A DNA stretch of 64,000 nt from Patescibacteria group bacterium (GCA_022563395.1 JADFNM010000001.1:270342-334341), one strand, 5' to 3'. Positions 8,430-17,440 are shown, counted from the first letter of the stretch. Notes: generated from the sequence alone by a model not told the origin. Program-made: numbers and translations.

Positions 8430-9500
8430 TCATTCCTCTTCGTAGATCAATGTATCTTTGTACCCAGCAAACCAAGCAAACCAGAATGTAGAACTTGAAG
8501 GTATTGATATTTGTTCTCCATCTTTAATTAAGAACACTTGAGCAGAACGTCCTGCTATATCTCCAATAATTTCAAACTCTTGTCCACTCACTATATCTCT
8601 GATCACTTTTCCCTGAACTATTTTCACTGGATATGCCTTTGATATCCCATCAATTGTAATTCCCACCACTTGATCCTTGGGTAGTAATCTGTTGTCCTGA
8701 ATACTAACAGGAAATCCGGGTTGCGAATCTGGATTTTCATATGCTCTATATGGATCACTAAGATAATTTCTTGTATATCCGGTATCAAGCGAGAGTACCT
8801 TGGTATCCTCGTGCAAAGCTCGCCACTCTTTCCACAACATCATCGTGGAAGGAAGTATAGAAAGCCGTTGTCCTTTTAAAGATCCGGTAAGAGCTTCACC
8901 AGTAATTTGGTACCAATAACTCTCAGTTTCTCTATCATACATTACCATGGCACTCTCATATAAAGCTCCTGTATTACCAAATGAAAGCAGCTGCTCATTA
9001 AGGTACCGGTCAAATACAATACCAGAGTTGCACAATGGGCAATACGTAATTACTATTTTCCGTCCTCCAATTGTCTCGTTCACAATCTCATGCCAATTCA
9101 TAATCTTAATCGGGTAAGCTCTTGCATCTCCAGCAAATTCTACGCCTAAAACAATATCGTCATTTTGAATCCATCTTTCTGCTTCCAAACTACTTTCGTA
9201 CTCTGGAGAATTAAGCGGTGGAATAGCGTCTCTGGGGACATCTTGAATAATGGGGATTATAGTGTCTTTACGCTGCGCATCCTCTCTGGATGGAATTACT
9301 TTCTCCGCCTTATTTGTGTAAATAAACATAAAAATGCTCAGTCCTATACCAAGCAAAGCAAGGAGCAGAACCAATAGAATCCCTAATATATGAACCAATT
9401 TTTGCCATTTTTCTACATAGCGGGATTCTTTTCCCCCTTTTCGCTCAAACAGTTTTTGTTGTTGTTCGGTAAACATTTGCTTTAACAAAAATCTTGACAT
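8430..9500 (-). CDS. DUF3179 family protein with N-terminal TM helix
   Basis: DDIVLGVEFAGDARAYPIKIMNWHEIVNE...ITYCPLCNSG...SYWYQITGEA matches my recollection of DUF3179 conserved blocks. Confidence 0.6.
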   Translation of the reverse strand: MSRFLLKQMFTEQQQKLFERKGGKESRYVEKWQKLVHILGILLVLLLALLGIGLSIFMFIYTNKAEKVIPSREDAQRKDTIIPIIQDVPRDAIPPLNSPEYESSLEAERWIQNDDIVLGVEFAGDARAYPIKIMNWHEIVNETIGGRKIVITYCPLCNSGIVFDRYLNEQLLSFGNTGALYESAMVMYDRETESYWYQITGEALTGSLKGQRLSILPSTMMLWKEWRALHEDTKVLSLDTGYTRNYLSDPYRAYENPDSQPGFPVSIQDNRLLPKDQVVGITIDGISKAYPVKIVQGKVIRDIVSGQEFEIIGDIAGRSAQVFLIKDGEQISIPSSSTFWFAWFAGYKDTLIYEEE

Positions 9501-9507
9501 CTTTACC

Positions 9508-9582
9508 CTATCAAAAAACCGCCTTTTTGGCGACTTTGAGTCCCCTCTATACGCTTGAGTCCGGCTTCATATATTGTAAGAC
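9508..9582 (-). repeat. family-A module, copy 8 (long form, closest to consensus)
   Basis: Fills the gap between the phosphatase stop (9582) and the DUF3179 ATG (9500). Confidence 0.9.
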
Positions 9583-10214
9583 TAGAGCTCTCCTAAATGA
9601 GCGTAATCGTTCCAAGTGACAAGTTTCCAGTTCTCTTCACCATCTTCCAAGTGAAAAACAGTGATGCCAGTATTTGTGGTACGCACATCGAAAGACTCTA
9701 CATCTCCAAAAGGAAGAGACTCCGGGCCAAAGAGCACCACGCTCAGCATCATCTTTAAGGGAAGACTATGCATAACAACAAGGATGTTGTCTTTTGAACC
9801 CTTTTTCATTTCCTCCAAAAACTGAACTATCCTATCTCGCAACTCACCGATAGATTCCTCATCCTGCCATTTCCAGTAGAGGTCATCTTTGTGTAAAACA
9901 AGCTTGTTGTGAAATTCTTTTGCTTTCTTACCATCAATAGAAATATCCAAAAGGGACGATGGTTTACCCCACTCGTTCACGAGCTCTGTTATGTGAATAG
10001 AGAGCTTGAGCTTTTCATTGATGATTTCGGCTGTCTCCTGCGCTCTTTTAAGCGAACTCGAATACAGTATATCTATTGGTATATGCTCAAACCTCTTTTG
10101 GAGAATATATGCCTGCTCTCTTCCCTCTTTAGAAAGAGAGGTTTCTTTTCTTTGATAAATACGTTTATCATTTGCTTCACTTTTGCCGTGGCGCACAAGA
10201 TACAGTGTTTTCAT
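9582..10214 (-). CDS. histidine phosphatase (phosphoglycerate mutase family)
   Basis: RHG catalytic motif (LVRHGKSEAN) and a downstream H in VVMHSLPL. Confidence 0.8.
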   Translation of the reverse strand: MKTLYLVRHGKSEANDKRIYQRKETSLSKEGREQAYILQKRFEHIPIDILYSSSLKRAQETAEIINEKLKLSIHITELVNEWGKPSSLLDISIDGKKAKEFHNKLVLHKDDLYWKWQDEESIGELRDRIVQFLEEMKKGSKDNILVVMHSLPLKMMLSVVLFGPESLPFGDVESFDVRTTNTGITVFHLEDGEENWKLVTWNDYAHLGEL

Positions 10215-10217
10215 ATT

Positions 10218-10251
10218 CCTATCGTAACAAAAAACCGCCTTTTTGGCGATC
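10218..10251 (-). repeat. family-A module, copy 9 (hairpin part only)
   Basis: CCTATCGTAACAAAAAACCGCCTTTTTGGCGATC, 4 nt upstream of the phosphatase ATG. Confidence 0.85.
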
Positions 10252-10326
10252 TATTGGCCCTGGAAGACCTTTCGACAGACTCAGGGCGGGGGCCAGGCAT
10301 TTCTCGCTCCCTCATTCACCCTTTTT

Positions 10327-10376
10327 GCCTAAATCTCGTTTAAGCATTCTTCGCTGTTGCCTAAACGAGATTTAGG
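10327..10376. repeat. family-B nested palindrome (inverted pair)
   Basis: GCCTAAATCTCGTTTAAGC-N13-GCCTAAACGAGATTTAGG, followed by GGATAACT. Confidence 0.9.
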
Positions 10377-10395
10377 TGTGGATAACTCAGGAAAA

Positions 10396-10477
10396 CCAAA
10401 AAAACCGCCTCCTTGGCGACTTTGAGTCCGGCTTCATATATTGGACGTAATTTGGTCCCCTTTTATACACCTGAGAC
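10396..10477 (-). repeat. family-A module, copy 10 (sub-boxes in permuted order)
   Basis: Hairpin plus distal box are fused, and the GGTCCCCTTTTATACACCTGAGAC box sits on the other side. Confidence 0.8.
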
Positions 10478-10568
10478 TTTAATATCGCCCTATTTTATCT
10501 ACGCATCGTGAACAACGCTAAACCTGTTGTTGGGCATTAAATATCTAATGTTCCATCTATAGGATTAA

Positions 10569-10769
10569 CTAAAGTCCTAAGCTATCAAGGTTAAGGCTGC
10601 TTAAAAATATTGGTATGACAATAATAAGTCCCAGGATGGGCAAAACAATCATCGCAGCAGTTATAACAAGAGTTAAAAGGAAATACTTCCTTGTTTTTTC
10701 AACCGAGGAATAAATTGCATCGATCTTTTTTTCTAGCACTTCAAACTTGTTGGAAATTTCTTGATCCAT
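10569..10769 (-). CDS. small membrane protein (66 aa)
   Basis: One long hydrophobic helix. Family-A module directly upstream. Confidence 0.4.
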   Translation of the reverse strand: MDQEISNKFEVLEKKIDAIYSSVEKTRKYFLLTLVITAAMIVLPILGLIIVIPIFLSSLNLDSLGL

Positions 10770-10778
10770 ATTTTAATT

Positions 10779-10854
10779 CTACACAAAAACCGCTATTTTA
10801 GCAACTTGAAGTTCTTCTTTATACACTTAAGTCCGGCCTCATATATTCTCCGAC
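10779..10854 (-). repeat. family-A module, copy 11 (long form, diverged)
   Basis: Minus strand reads TTGCTA, 17-nt spacer, TAGAAT, ending 8 nt before the ATG at 10769. Confidence 0.8.
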
Positions 10855-10858
10855 TCTC

Positions 10859-11386
10859 CTATCGCATCCTCTTAATATACTCATCTCGGCTGATCAGTTT
10901 TCTCATATCAGTTACTTTATCAAGATAGACAACTCCATTAAGATGGTCCATCTCATGCTGAATTACTCTAGCAAGCAAACCACTAGCTCGCAGGGTAAAA
11001 ATCTCTCCATCGCCATTTTGAGCCTTTATCACTATGCCCTTTGACCGCCTCACTGGACCGAACAACTGGCCAGACGCAACGCTTCCACATCCCTCATGCC
11101 CAACACTCTGATCTTTTGAGAAAGAGACAATGCGAGGATTTATATAGACCCGAAGAGAATCTGTTTCCTGGAGTTTTCTCGTTTTCGTCTTTCGTAGCTC
11201 AGTTACAAAGACTCGAAGACTCACCCCAATCTGCGGAGCAGCCATGCCAACAAGCCCATGGAAACGCATAGAGTCAGTCAAATCCTTAACAACCTTTATA
11301 ACCGTCTTTGAAGAAACTCTACCTACTCTCTGCGATTTCTTGCGAATAATGGAGCTCCCTATTTGTGTAGCTTTTCGTTTAACCAT
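10859..11386 (-). CDS. def: peptide deformylase
   Basis: Motifs GMAAPQIG, EGCGS, QHEMDHLNG. Confidence 0.88.
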   Translation of the reverse strand: MVKRKATQIGSSIIRKKSQRVGRVSSKTVIKVVKDLTDSMRFHGLVGMAAPQIGVSLRVFVTELRKTKTRKLQETDSLRVYINPRIVSFSKDQSVGHEGCGSVASGQLFGPVRRSKGIVIKAQNGDGEIFTLRASGLLARVIQHEMDHLNGVVYLDKVTDMRKLISRDEYIKRMR

Positions 11387-11398
11387 ACCTTCTCTAAT

Positions 11399-11426
11399 CT
11401 ATCAAAAAATCGCCTATCTGGCGATC
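11399..11426 (-). repeat. family-A module, copy 12 (hairpin part only)
   Basis: CTATCAAAAAATCGCCTATCTGGCGATC, upstream of def. Confidence 0.85.
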
Positions 11427-11437
11427 TCTTAAGTTTT

Positions 11438-11487
11438 GCTTAAATCTCGTTTAAGCACAAACCCATATTGCTTAAACGAGATTTAGG
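11438..11487. repeat. family-B nested palindrome (inverted pair)
   Basis: GCTTAAATCTCGTTTAAGC-N13-GCTTAAACGAGATTTAGG, followed by GGATAACT and CTAAATGGAATTTAG. Confidence 0.9.
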
Positions 11488-11517
11488 CGGGGATAACTAA
11501 ATGGAATTTAGGTTTCC

Positions 11518-12771
11518 TTAGCGAAATCTGCTCTGCCGCCTGCCAAATCCTGTATGTCGCTGCCTAGACCCGCTACGTCCACGCCCTCTCTGCTGGGGCC
11601 GGGAAGGCCTCTCTACTGCCCGCGACTTGGGAGCGGCCAAAATACCCTCCGGGAGAGGTAAAGCGAGGATTCGCTTTTGGATTGCTCGCTCTATGGCACG
11701 AACCTCTTTCCCTTCGCTCACCATAGCAAAAGTAATGGCGTGTCCCTTGGTGCCGGCTCTCGCCGTGCGCCCGATGCGATGAACGTAGTCATCTGAAGTA
11801 CCTGGCAAATCATAGTTCAAGACCAGCTCAATGCCCATAACGTCAATGCCTCTTGAAGCAATGTCGGTCGCCACGAGCACACGGTATTTCCCGGACTTGA
11901 ATCCGTCTAACGCCTCCCTTCTTTGGTTCAAACTCCTGTTGGAATGCAACTCTGAGGCCCGTATGCCAAGATCCCGTATCTGGCGCGCCACTTTCTTTGC
12001 TCCATACTTTGTTCTGGTAAACACAAGAGTTGGGCCCTTGTAGCTTTCAAGCAGTCGTTTTAAAAGTTCTGGCTTCTGCTCTCTCGCAACCACGAAAAGC
12101 TCTTGTGAAACCTCTTCTAGGGTTGTGCCGGGCGGGGCAATCTCTACCCGTAGCGGAGTTTTCATATAGTCTGTTGCCAGCTTCATTATCTCGGGGGGCA
12201 TGGTGGCACAAAACAGCATGGTCTGGCGCTCTTTGGGAAGGGCCTTAAGAATGGTTCGAATCTGGGGAAGAAAGCCCATATCAAACATACGGTCCGCCTC
12301 GTCAAGCACCACTATGGAAACGCTGGACAAAGAAAGGGTTTTTTGCAAAAGATGGTCGTTAATTCTTCCCGGTGTTCCAACGATAATGTGCGGCTTACGG
12401 GAGATATCACGGCGCTGTCGTCCAAAGGGAAGTCCGCCAATGAGCACGGCGGTTTTAAGACCCTGCTGTTGTCCCACCTTTTTTAGAAACGCTTCTACCT
12501 GAAGCGCAAGCTCTCGCGTAGGCAGCACCACCAACCCCTGTCTCTTTGTGCCAAGGAGCATTTGTATCATGGGAATGCCAAAAGCAAGGGTCTTTCCGGT
12601 TCCCGTCTGGGCTATGCCTACCAGGTCTTTTCCCTGAATCCCAAGAGGGATGGTACGAACCTGGATAGGGGTGGGTCTGGTGAATCCAGTCCGCTTGAGT
12701 ACCTCTAGGAGACCGGGCGCTATGCCCAATCCATAGAAGTTCTGTTCTCTGTTTTCTGAAGATTCCTGCAT
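11518..12771 (-). CDS. DEAD-box ATP-dependent RNA helicase with Arg-rich C-terminal tail
   Basis: Q-motif/TPIQ, AQTGTGKT, DEAD, HRIGRTARAG. GC-rich. ATG at 12771 preferred over the GTG at 12822. Confidence 0.9.
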   Translation of the reverse strand: MQESSENREQNFYGLGIAPGLLEVLKRTGFTRPTPIQVRTIPLGIQGKDLVGIAQTGTGKTLAFGIPMIQMLLGTKRQGLVVLPTRELALQVEAFLKKVGQQQGLKTAVLIGGLPFGRQRRDISRKPHIIVGTPGRINDHLLQKTLSLSSVSIVVLDEADRMFDMGFLPQIRTILKALPKERQTMLFCATMPPEIMKLATDYMKTPLRVEIAPPGTTLEEVSQELFVVAREQKPELLKRLLESYKGPTLVFTRTKYGAKKVARQIRDLGIRASELHSNRSLNQRREALDGFKSGKYRVLVATDIASRGIDVMGIELVLNYDLPGTSDDYVHRIGRTARAGTKGHAITFAMVSEGKEVRAIERAIQKRILALPLPEGILAAPKSRAVERPSRPQQRGRGRSGSRQRHTGFGRRQSRFR

Positions 12772-12923
12772 AAGAAAAGCCCTGGACGCGCTTGCCAGGG
12801 CACACGTTAGTATAGTATACACTCTTTTTAAGATACTGCAACCTTAAAAATTACAAACTGAATGCTAAAAGCGGCAAAAATCTCAAGTGATGCTGGGCTC
12901 GGTTTAGTTTTCCCCACGCATTT

Positions 12924-13796
12924 CTACCGGGCCACATCCCCGCCGGTAATAAAAATAATCTCGCCCGTCATGTAACTGGAGTCAGCTTCGGAGGCCAGGT
13001 ATACATAGGCCGGAGCCATTTCGTCTGGCTGGCCCGGACGACCCATGGGATTATACTTGCCAAAGTGCACAATATCCTCTTCTGATGAGTCTTTAATAGT
13101 TTGCAAGGGCGTCCAAACTGGCCCTGGAGCAACACAGTTCACGCGAATACCGCGCGGCAAGAGCTCTTTTGCAAGGGTTTTGGTTAAAGTATGCGTTGCA
13201 GCTTTGGTTCCAGAATATATCGGGTAGCCACCTCCACGCGATCCCACTATTGACCCCGTGTTTATGATACATGTACCTTCTTTCATATGTTTGAGTGCAG
13301 CGCGGGTCATGTAATAGTAGCTGAATACGTTCACTTGGTACATGCGTTCCAGCTCTTTGTCCGAGAACTTCTCAATATCGTCTGCAGGGGACATGGTAGC
13401 CACGTTGTTGACAAGGATATCCAGAGAGCCAAACTCCTGCACGGTCTTGTCTACGGCCTTCTGGCAGAAGGCGCTATCTGAAACATCACCCTCAAGGCAC
13501 AGGCACTTTTTGCCCAACTTTTCAATCTCTTGCGTAAGTATCTCTGCGTCCCGGCTTTCTACAGGCAGATACGTAATGGCAACATTTGCGCCCTCTCTGG
13601 CAAACAAAAAGGCAACTGCACGGCCAATTCCTGAATCCCCACCCGTGATGAGAGCGGTTTTCTTAAGAAGCTTGCCAGAGGGTTTGTACTCTTTTCCCTG
13701 ATACTGCGGCAAGGGCTTCATGTCTGCCTCTATCCCAGGGGGTTCTTGGTGCTGGGGTGGAAAAGGCGGGATTGGTCTTTTTGACTCAGACGCCAT
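12924..13796 (-). CDS. SDR family oxidoreductase (YghA / general-stress-protein-39-like)
   Basis: TGGDSGIGRA cofactor motif and YSGTK catalytic motif. Confidence 0.85.
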   Translation of the reverse strand: MASESKRPIPPFPPQHQEPPGIEADMKPLPQYQGKEYKPSGKLLKKTALITGGDSGIGRAVAFLFAREGANVAITYLPVESRDAEILTQEIEKLGKKCLCLEGDVSDSAFCQKAVDKTVQEFGSLDILVNNVATMSPADDIEKFSDKELERMYQVNVFSYYYMTRAALKHMKEGTCIINTGSIVGSRGGGYPIYSGTKAATHTLTKTLAKELLPRGIRVNCVAPGPVWTPLQTIKDSSEEDIVHFGKYNPMGRPGQPDEMAPAYVYLASEADSSYMTGEIIFITGGDVAR

Positions 13797-13799
13797 ACA

Positions 13800-13991
13800 T
13801 TACAGATGTTTCTTGATTAACCCGGTGAGCTCTTGAATGTGGTCTTCTTTATCCTTTTCCATCTTTTCCCAGAAGGCGTTGCAGTTTTCGCACTTCCCCG
13901 CGTCGCGCTTGTACACATCTTTGATGCGCCACAGACTTTTGTGCTCCACCACCAGCTGATTCATCAAGTTATACGTATGATTGTCAAACAT
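13800..13991 (-). CDS. small hypothetical protein (63 aa)
   Basis: ORF starts 3 nt downstream of the SDR gene. No family recognised. Confidence 0.4.
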   Translation of the reverse strand: MFDNHTYNLMNQLVVEHKSLWRIKDVYKRDAGKCENCNAFWEKMEKDKEDHIQELTGLIKKHL

Positions 13992-14048
13992 AGGGGCAAA
14001 ATACTCTATTAGACTTCTTTTTAAAACAACCTTTACTCATTTTAAAGT

Positions 14049-14103
14049 ATATCAAAAAACCGCCCGTTTGGCGATTTAAGTCCACGCTCATATATTGTAG
14101 GGC
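14049..14103 (-). repeat. family-A module, copy 13 (short form)
   Basis: TATATCAAAAAACCGCCCGTTTGGCGATTTAAGTCCACGCTCATATATTGTAGGGC. Confidence 0.85.
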
Positions 14104-14110
14104 TCATCCC

Positions 14111-15220
14111 CTAGCCAAAGGTGAAGGTGAAAAACTCAAGATTTAAAGAAGGAACAAGAAGTTCTAAGGTATGGGTACCATATTCCTCTTTTGTATCTAC
14201 AAGATTATACAAACTTGCACCCTGAACTTTCAAAAAAGAAGCGGTGCCCTGAAAAACAATATCCTCTCCCTTGTTCTTTTCAGTAAGATATTCCCCGTCT
14301 AGCTTCACTTCGGCCAGAATGTCTGCTTCTCCTTTTGTATCCAACACAAGATTCAGCTTATTTGCCTTGTAGCGAATAAGAACTTTCCCCTCCCCCTCTA
14401 CCAGTTGCGCAAACTCTGGGGCAATGCGCCAGGTTCCCACAAGATAAAAACGATTAAACTCTACTGCCTGGGGTTCTTTAAACTCGTGGGGTTCATTCAC
14501 TTGAACTGCCTCAATTGGGTTCCCGATGTTGTTAATACGAGAAGCTCCAAAGTATATCTCTGGAGTTCCAATGCTCTTAAAATCAACGCCTGCAGGGGGT
14601 TCTGTAACCTTGGTAATCTTGTCTAAAGAAAGGAGGCCTGCCTCAAGCAACAGCTGTTGTATTGCAGCCTCGGTCTCTGCATATTGCCCTTCCCCAAAAT
14701 GGGTGTAACGAATGTTCCCTTTTGCGTCAATTAAATAGAGTGCAGGCCAAAATCTATTCTCAAAAGCATTCCAGGTTGCATAGTTATTATCGAGGGCCAC
14801 GGGATACTCAACGCCGTACTCTTTCACATTCCTTCTTACATTCCCCTCATCCTCTTCAAACTCAAACTCCGGGGTATGCACCCCAAGAACAACAAGACCG
14901 TTATCTTTGTATTTTTCATGGAACGCTTCGATATGGGGGATGTTGCGAATACAGTTAATACAGGTATACGTCCAAAAATCCACCAGCACAACCTTGCCTT
15001 GAAGCTCCTTTAGTACAAGGGGTTCAGAATTCATCCAAGAGGTAAGGCCAACGAACTCTGGAGCTTTTTTAAGAATAGGCAACTCTTCGGAAGAACCCAG
15101 AAGATTCCTTATCTCCTCCAAGACAGGCTCACGGGAGGTAAGGAACTCTTGATCTCCAAGTATGGCGTACCCGACTGCAAAAATGACGATAGCAAGAAGA
15201 ACAAAAGTAATGAGTTTCAT
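14111..15220 (-). CDS. thioredoxin-like thiol-disulfide oxidoreductase (DipZ C-terminal-like), secreted or anchored
   Basis: N-terminal TM/signal, VVLVDFWTYTCINC (CxxC) redoxin motif, extra C-terminal beta-rich domain. Confidence 0.75.
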   Translation of the reverse strand: MKLITFVLLAIVIFAVGYAILGDQEFLTSREPVLEEIRNLLGSSEELPILKKAPEFVGLTSWMNSEPLVLKELQGKVVLVDFWTYTCINCIRNIPHIEAFHEKYKDNGLVVLGVHTPEFEFEEDEGNVRRNVKEYGVEYPVALDNNYATWNAFENRFWPALYLIDAKGNIRYTHFGEGQYAETEAAIQQLLLEAGLLSLDKITKVTEPPAGVDFKSIGTPEIYFGASRINNIGNPIEAVQVNEPHEFKEPQAVEFNRFYLVGTWRIAPEFAQLVEGEGKVLIRYKANKLNLVLDTKGEADILAEVKLDGEYLTEKNKGEDIVFQGTASFLKVQGASLYNLVDTKEEYGTHTLELLVPSLNLEFFTFTFG

Positions 15221-15229
15221 GGATATACT

Positions 15230-15258
15230 TTATCAGAAAACCACTTTCCTGGCGATTC
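15230..15258 (-). repeat. family-A module, copy 14 (hairpin part, diverged)
   Basis: TTATCAGAAAACCACTTTCCTGGCGATTC, 10 nt upstream of the redoxin ATG. Confidence 0.7.
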
Positions 15259-15338
15259 TTTTCATACTTCTCTGCTCTAATCTGAAAAGAAAACAGGACG
15301 TTTTTGCATCCTGTTTTCTTAAGCCAAAACTCCAAGCG

Positions 15339-15617
15339 TTAAGCGCCCTTGCTTTGAGCATACTTTCTCCAAGCTTCTGCTGCTGATGCCTCTGTTTTTT
15401 CTAATTCAGCAAGAATGACCTCCCGCAATTCAGAGGTTGCAATTTCTTCTTTGCTATTTGCTGCTGCCAATGCAATCGGCAAAACCTGATTTACTACCTC
15501 GTCTGTCCTATCTGAAGAAAGGGCTGCGTCTTGCACTGCCAACTTAATGGACCTTCTGATTTTCCCTTCGTCAAAGGGCTGCTTTGAGCCGTCTCGCTTG
15601 ACAACGTTTGTCGCCAT
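15339..15617 (-). CDS. stand-alone ATP-cone domain protein (92 aa)
   Basis: VVKRDGSKQPFDEGKIRRSI is a typical ATP-cone start. No zinc ribbon and no RNR catalytic domain attached. Confidence 0.6.
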   Translation of the reverse strand: MATNVVKRDGSKQPFDEGKIRRSIKLAVQDAALSSDRTDEVVNQVLPIALAAANSKEEIATSELREVILAELEKTEASAAEAWRKYAQSKGA

Positions 15618-15781
15618 AATTGCAATAATGATTCTTCATTATATTAAGTTTATAAAACAAGAGGGACCTTTCCTCTTGTTTTACTATGGCTTATGGAGAG
15701 ATCCTTGTCAATTCAAATGGAAAGGCCGATGCTGACTGCATCGGCCCTGTGTTCACAGCTTGCGTAGCTCATCCTCCTTTC

Positions 15782-16105
15782 TCAGATTTTGCGTACCAGA
15801 GGAAGCTCGCGAATCAACATAACAAGCTCTACTTCCGCTTCAAGGTTTAAAAGAAGCAGCACTTGCTTGCTGCCTGCTGCCTGGATGCGATAATGCCACA
15901 TCCCGTCGCTCATATACTCTTCCTCAGAGTCAATCCTGGGAGGAGAGAAGAGACTCATGGGTAAAACGATAACCCATGTGTTGTCATCCCTTTGCTCTCG
16001 AAGCTCCGCTTTGAGTAAAGACACCGCTTCTTCTGGCGTCTCTGCTAAAATAACAGCATCCGAGTCCTCTCCCTGAGTGAAAAGCTCATAGGCCTTGAGG
16101 CTCAT
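15782..16105 (-). CDS. hypothetical acidic protein (107 aa)
   Basis: GGAAGGTG SD upstream and a GC-rich hairpin downstream (15721-15748). No family recognised. Confidence 0.4.
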   Translation of the reverse strand: MSLKAYELFTQGEDSDAVILAETPEEAVSLLKAELREQRDDNTWVIVLPMSLFSPPRIDSEEEYMSDGMWHYRIQAAGSKQVLLLLNLEAEVELVMLIRELPLVRKI

Positions 16106-16200
16106 TACACACCTTCCTTTTTAGAATGATCAAAAGGGCACCACTTTTATACATGAAAAAGAAGCTTTTGTCAACCTCCGGCAGAAACCAAATCTGTCTT

Positions 16201-16932
16201 CTAGGAAAGCTCTATGCGCTTGAATCCTTCTGCGTAGCGAAAGCCGGCCTTCTTGCCCAGCATCCGGGAACGATCACGAATACGCTTTTCAAACACCGCG
16301 TCAGGCATAACCTGACTTACATGCGCTTTTAGGGTTTTAAGTTTTGTTTCAAAGCTACCCGTAATATCCTCGCAATGCGTGGGGTCTTCCATGGCAACGA
16401 GCAAAAGTGTCTTTACCTTGTGGGAAGCCAATCCCCTCTTTTCATGATAAGGAAAGTTCAAGCGGTCTCTTGCCAGAGGAAACACCGCGTCAATTGCGGC
16501 CTGCCCCGCTGCCCTATGATCTGAATGATTTATAAATCCTCTCTTTACAGAGTACAAAAAAGTGGGGTCAAGCGTAATGACCAAGTCCGGTTTCTTTTGG
16601 CGAATCACCCTGGCAATATCTTCTTTGAGCTTTTTGTTCACCACAAGCTCCCCGTCAACATGGCGCAGGAATATTACGTCTTTTACTCCAAGAATTTTAG
16701 CCGCCATACGTTGTTCTTTTTTGCGTATGAGAGAAAGCTTGCGGGAGGTCATCTTTGGGTCATCTGACCCTTTGCTCCCATCGGTGCACACAAGATAGGT
16801 GATAGCAGCTCCTCTTTTGGCCCACTTTGCAATGGTGCCAGAAGAGCTAAAGTCCATGTCATCTGGGTGTGCAAAGACCGCAAGAACACTTTTAGGAGTC
16901 TTAAGATTTTTTGTCATATTTTTTCTATTCAT
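16201..16932 (-). CDS. PIG-L / LmbE family deacetylase
   Basis: VLAVFAHPDDMDF metal-binding motif and a downstream HSDH. Confidence 0.8.
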   Translation of the reverse strand: MNRKNMTKNLKTPKSVLAVFAHPDDMDFSSSGTIAKWAKRGAAITYLVCTDGSKGSDDPKMTSRKLSLIRKKEQRMAAKILGVKDVIFLRHVDGELVVNKKLKEDIARVIRQKKPDLVITLDPTFLYSVKRGFINHSDHRAAGQAAIDAVFPLARDRLNFPYHEKRGLASHKVKTLLLVAMEDPTHCEDITGSFETKLKTLKAHVSQVMPDAVFEKRIRDRSRMLGKKAGFRYAEGFKRIELS

Positions 16933-16946
16933 ATTCTATTAGTACA

Positions 16947-17066
16947 CTATTCTTGAAGCTCAATTAAAAGCCGCGTCTCGTCTACAACCTTCTTTTCATC
17001 CTCTACTGCAAAATATCCTGCAGCAGACACAATAACAATAACAGCAAGAATGATAAACTTCATCAT
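16947..17066 (-). CDS. small secreted/membrane peptide (39 aa)
   Basis: Hand translation MMKFIILAVIVIVSAAGYFAVEDEKKVVDETRLLIELQE*. Its ATG overlaps the msrB stop codon. Confidence 0.3.
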   Translation of the reverse strand: MMKFIILAVIVIVSAAGYFAVEDEKKVVDETRLLIELQE

Positions 17067-17440
17067 TTCTTTTCAAAGTTTAAACATACCGAGTTAATGC
17101 AGTACCTCCTTCCTCCCCTGTCTTTGGGGCCGTCGTCAAACAAATGACCCAAGTGAGAACCACATTTCTTGCATACAATCTCGGTTCTCTTGATACCAAG
17201 ACTGCTGTCTTCTTTAAGCTCAACGTTCTCTAAGTTCGTAGGTTCAGTAAAGCTGGGCCAACCCGTGCCAGAGTCAAACTTGGTGTCAGAAGAAAACAAT
17301 TCTTGTCCGCAGGCAGCACACGTGAACATTCCCTTCTCATGAAAGTTCGCATACTTTCCTTTGAAAGGGGCTTCGGTCCCTTTTTCTCGCATAATCTTGT
17401 ACTGCTCGGGGCTCAGTTTCTCCTTCCAATTACTCTCCAT
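17063..17440 (-). CDS. msrB: peptide-methionine (R)-S-oxide reductase
   Basis: SelR domain with CxxC pairs and the GHLGHLFDDGP motif. Confidence 0.9.
   Translation of the reverse strand: MESNWKEKLSPEQYKIMREKGTEAPFKGKYANFHEKGMFTCAACGQELFSSDTKFDSGTGWPSFTEPTNLENVELKEDSSLGIKRTEIVCKKCGSHLGHLFDDGPKDRGGRRYCINSVCLNFEKK

Noticed and set aside
296-15258. Family-A modules as integron attC sites (co-oriented cassettes separated by conserved repeats).
   Set aside because: No RYYYAAC / GTTRRRY core sites could be read at the module ends. The module lacks the extended imperfect inverted-repeat architecture of attC. No intI-like gene is present in the window.
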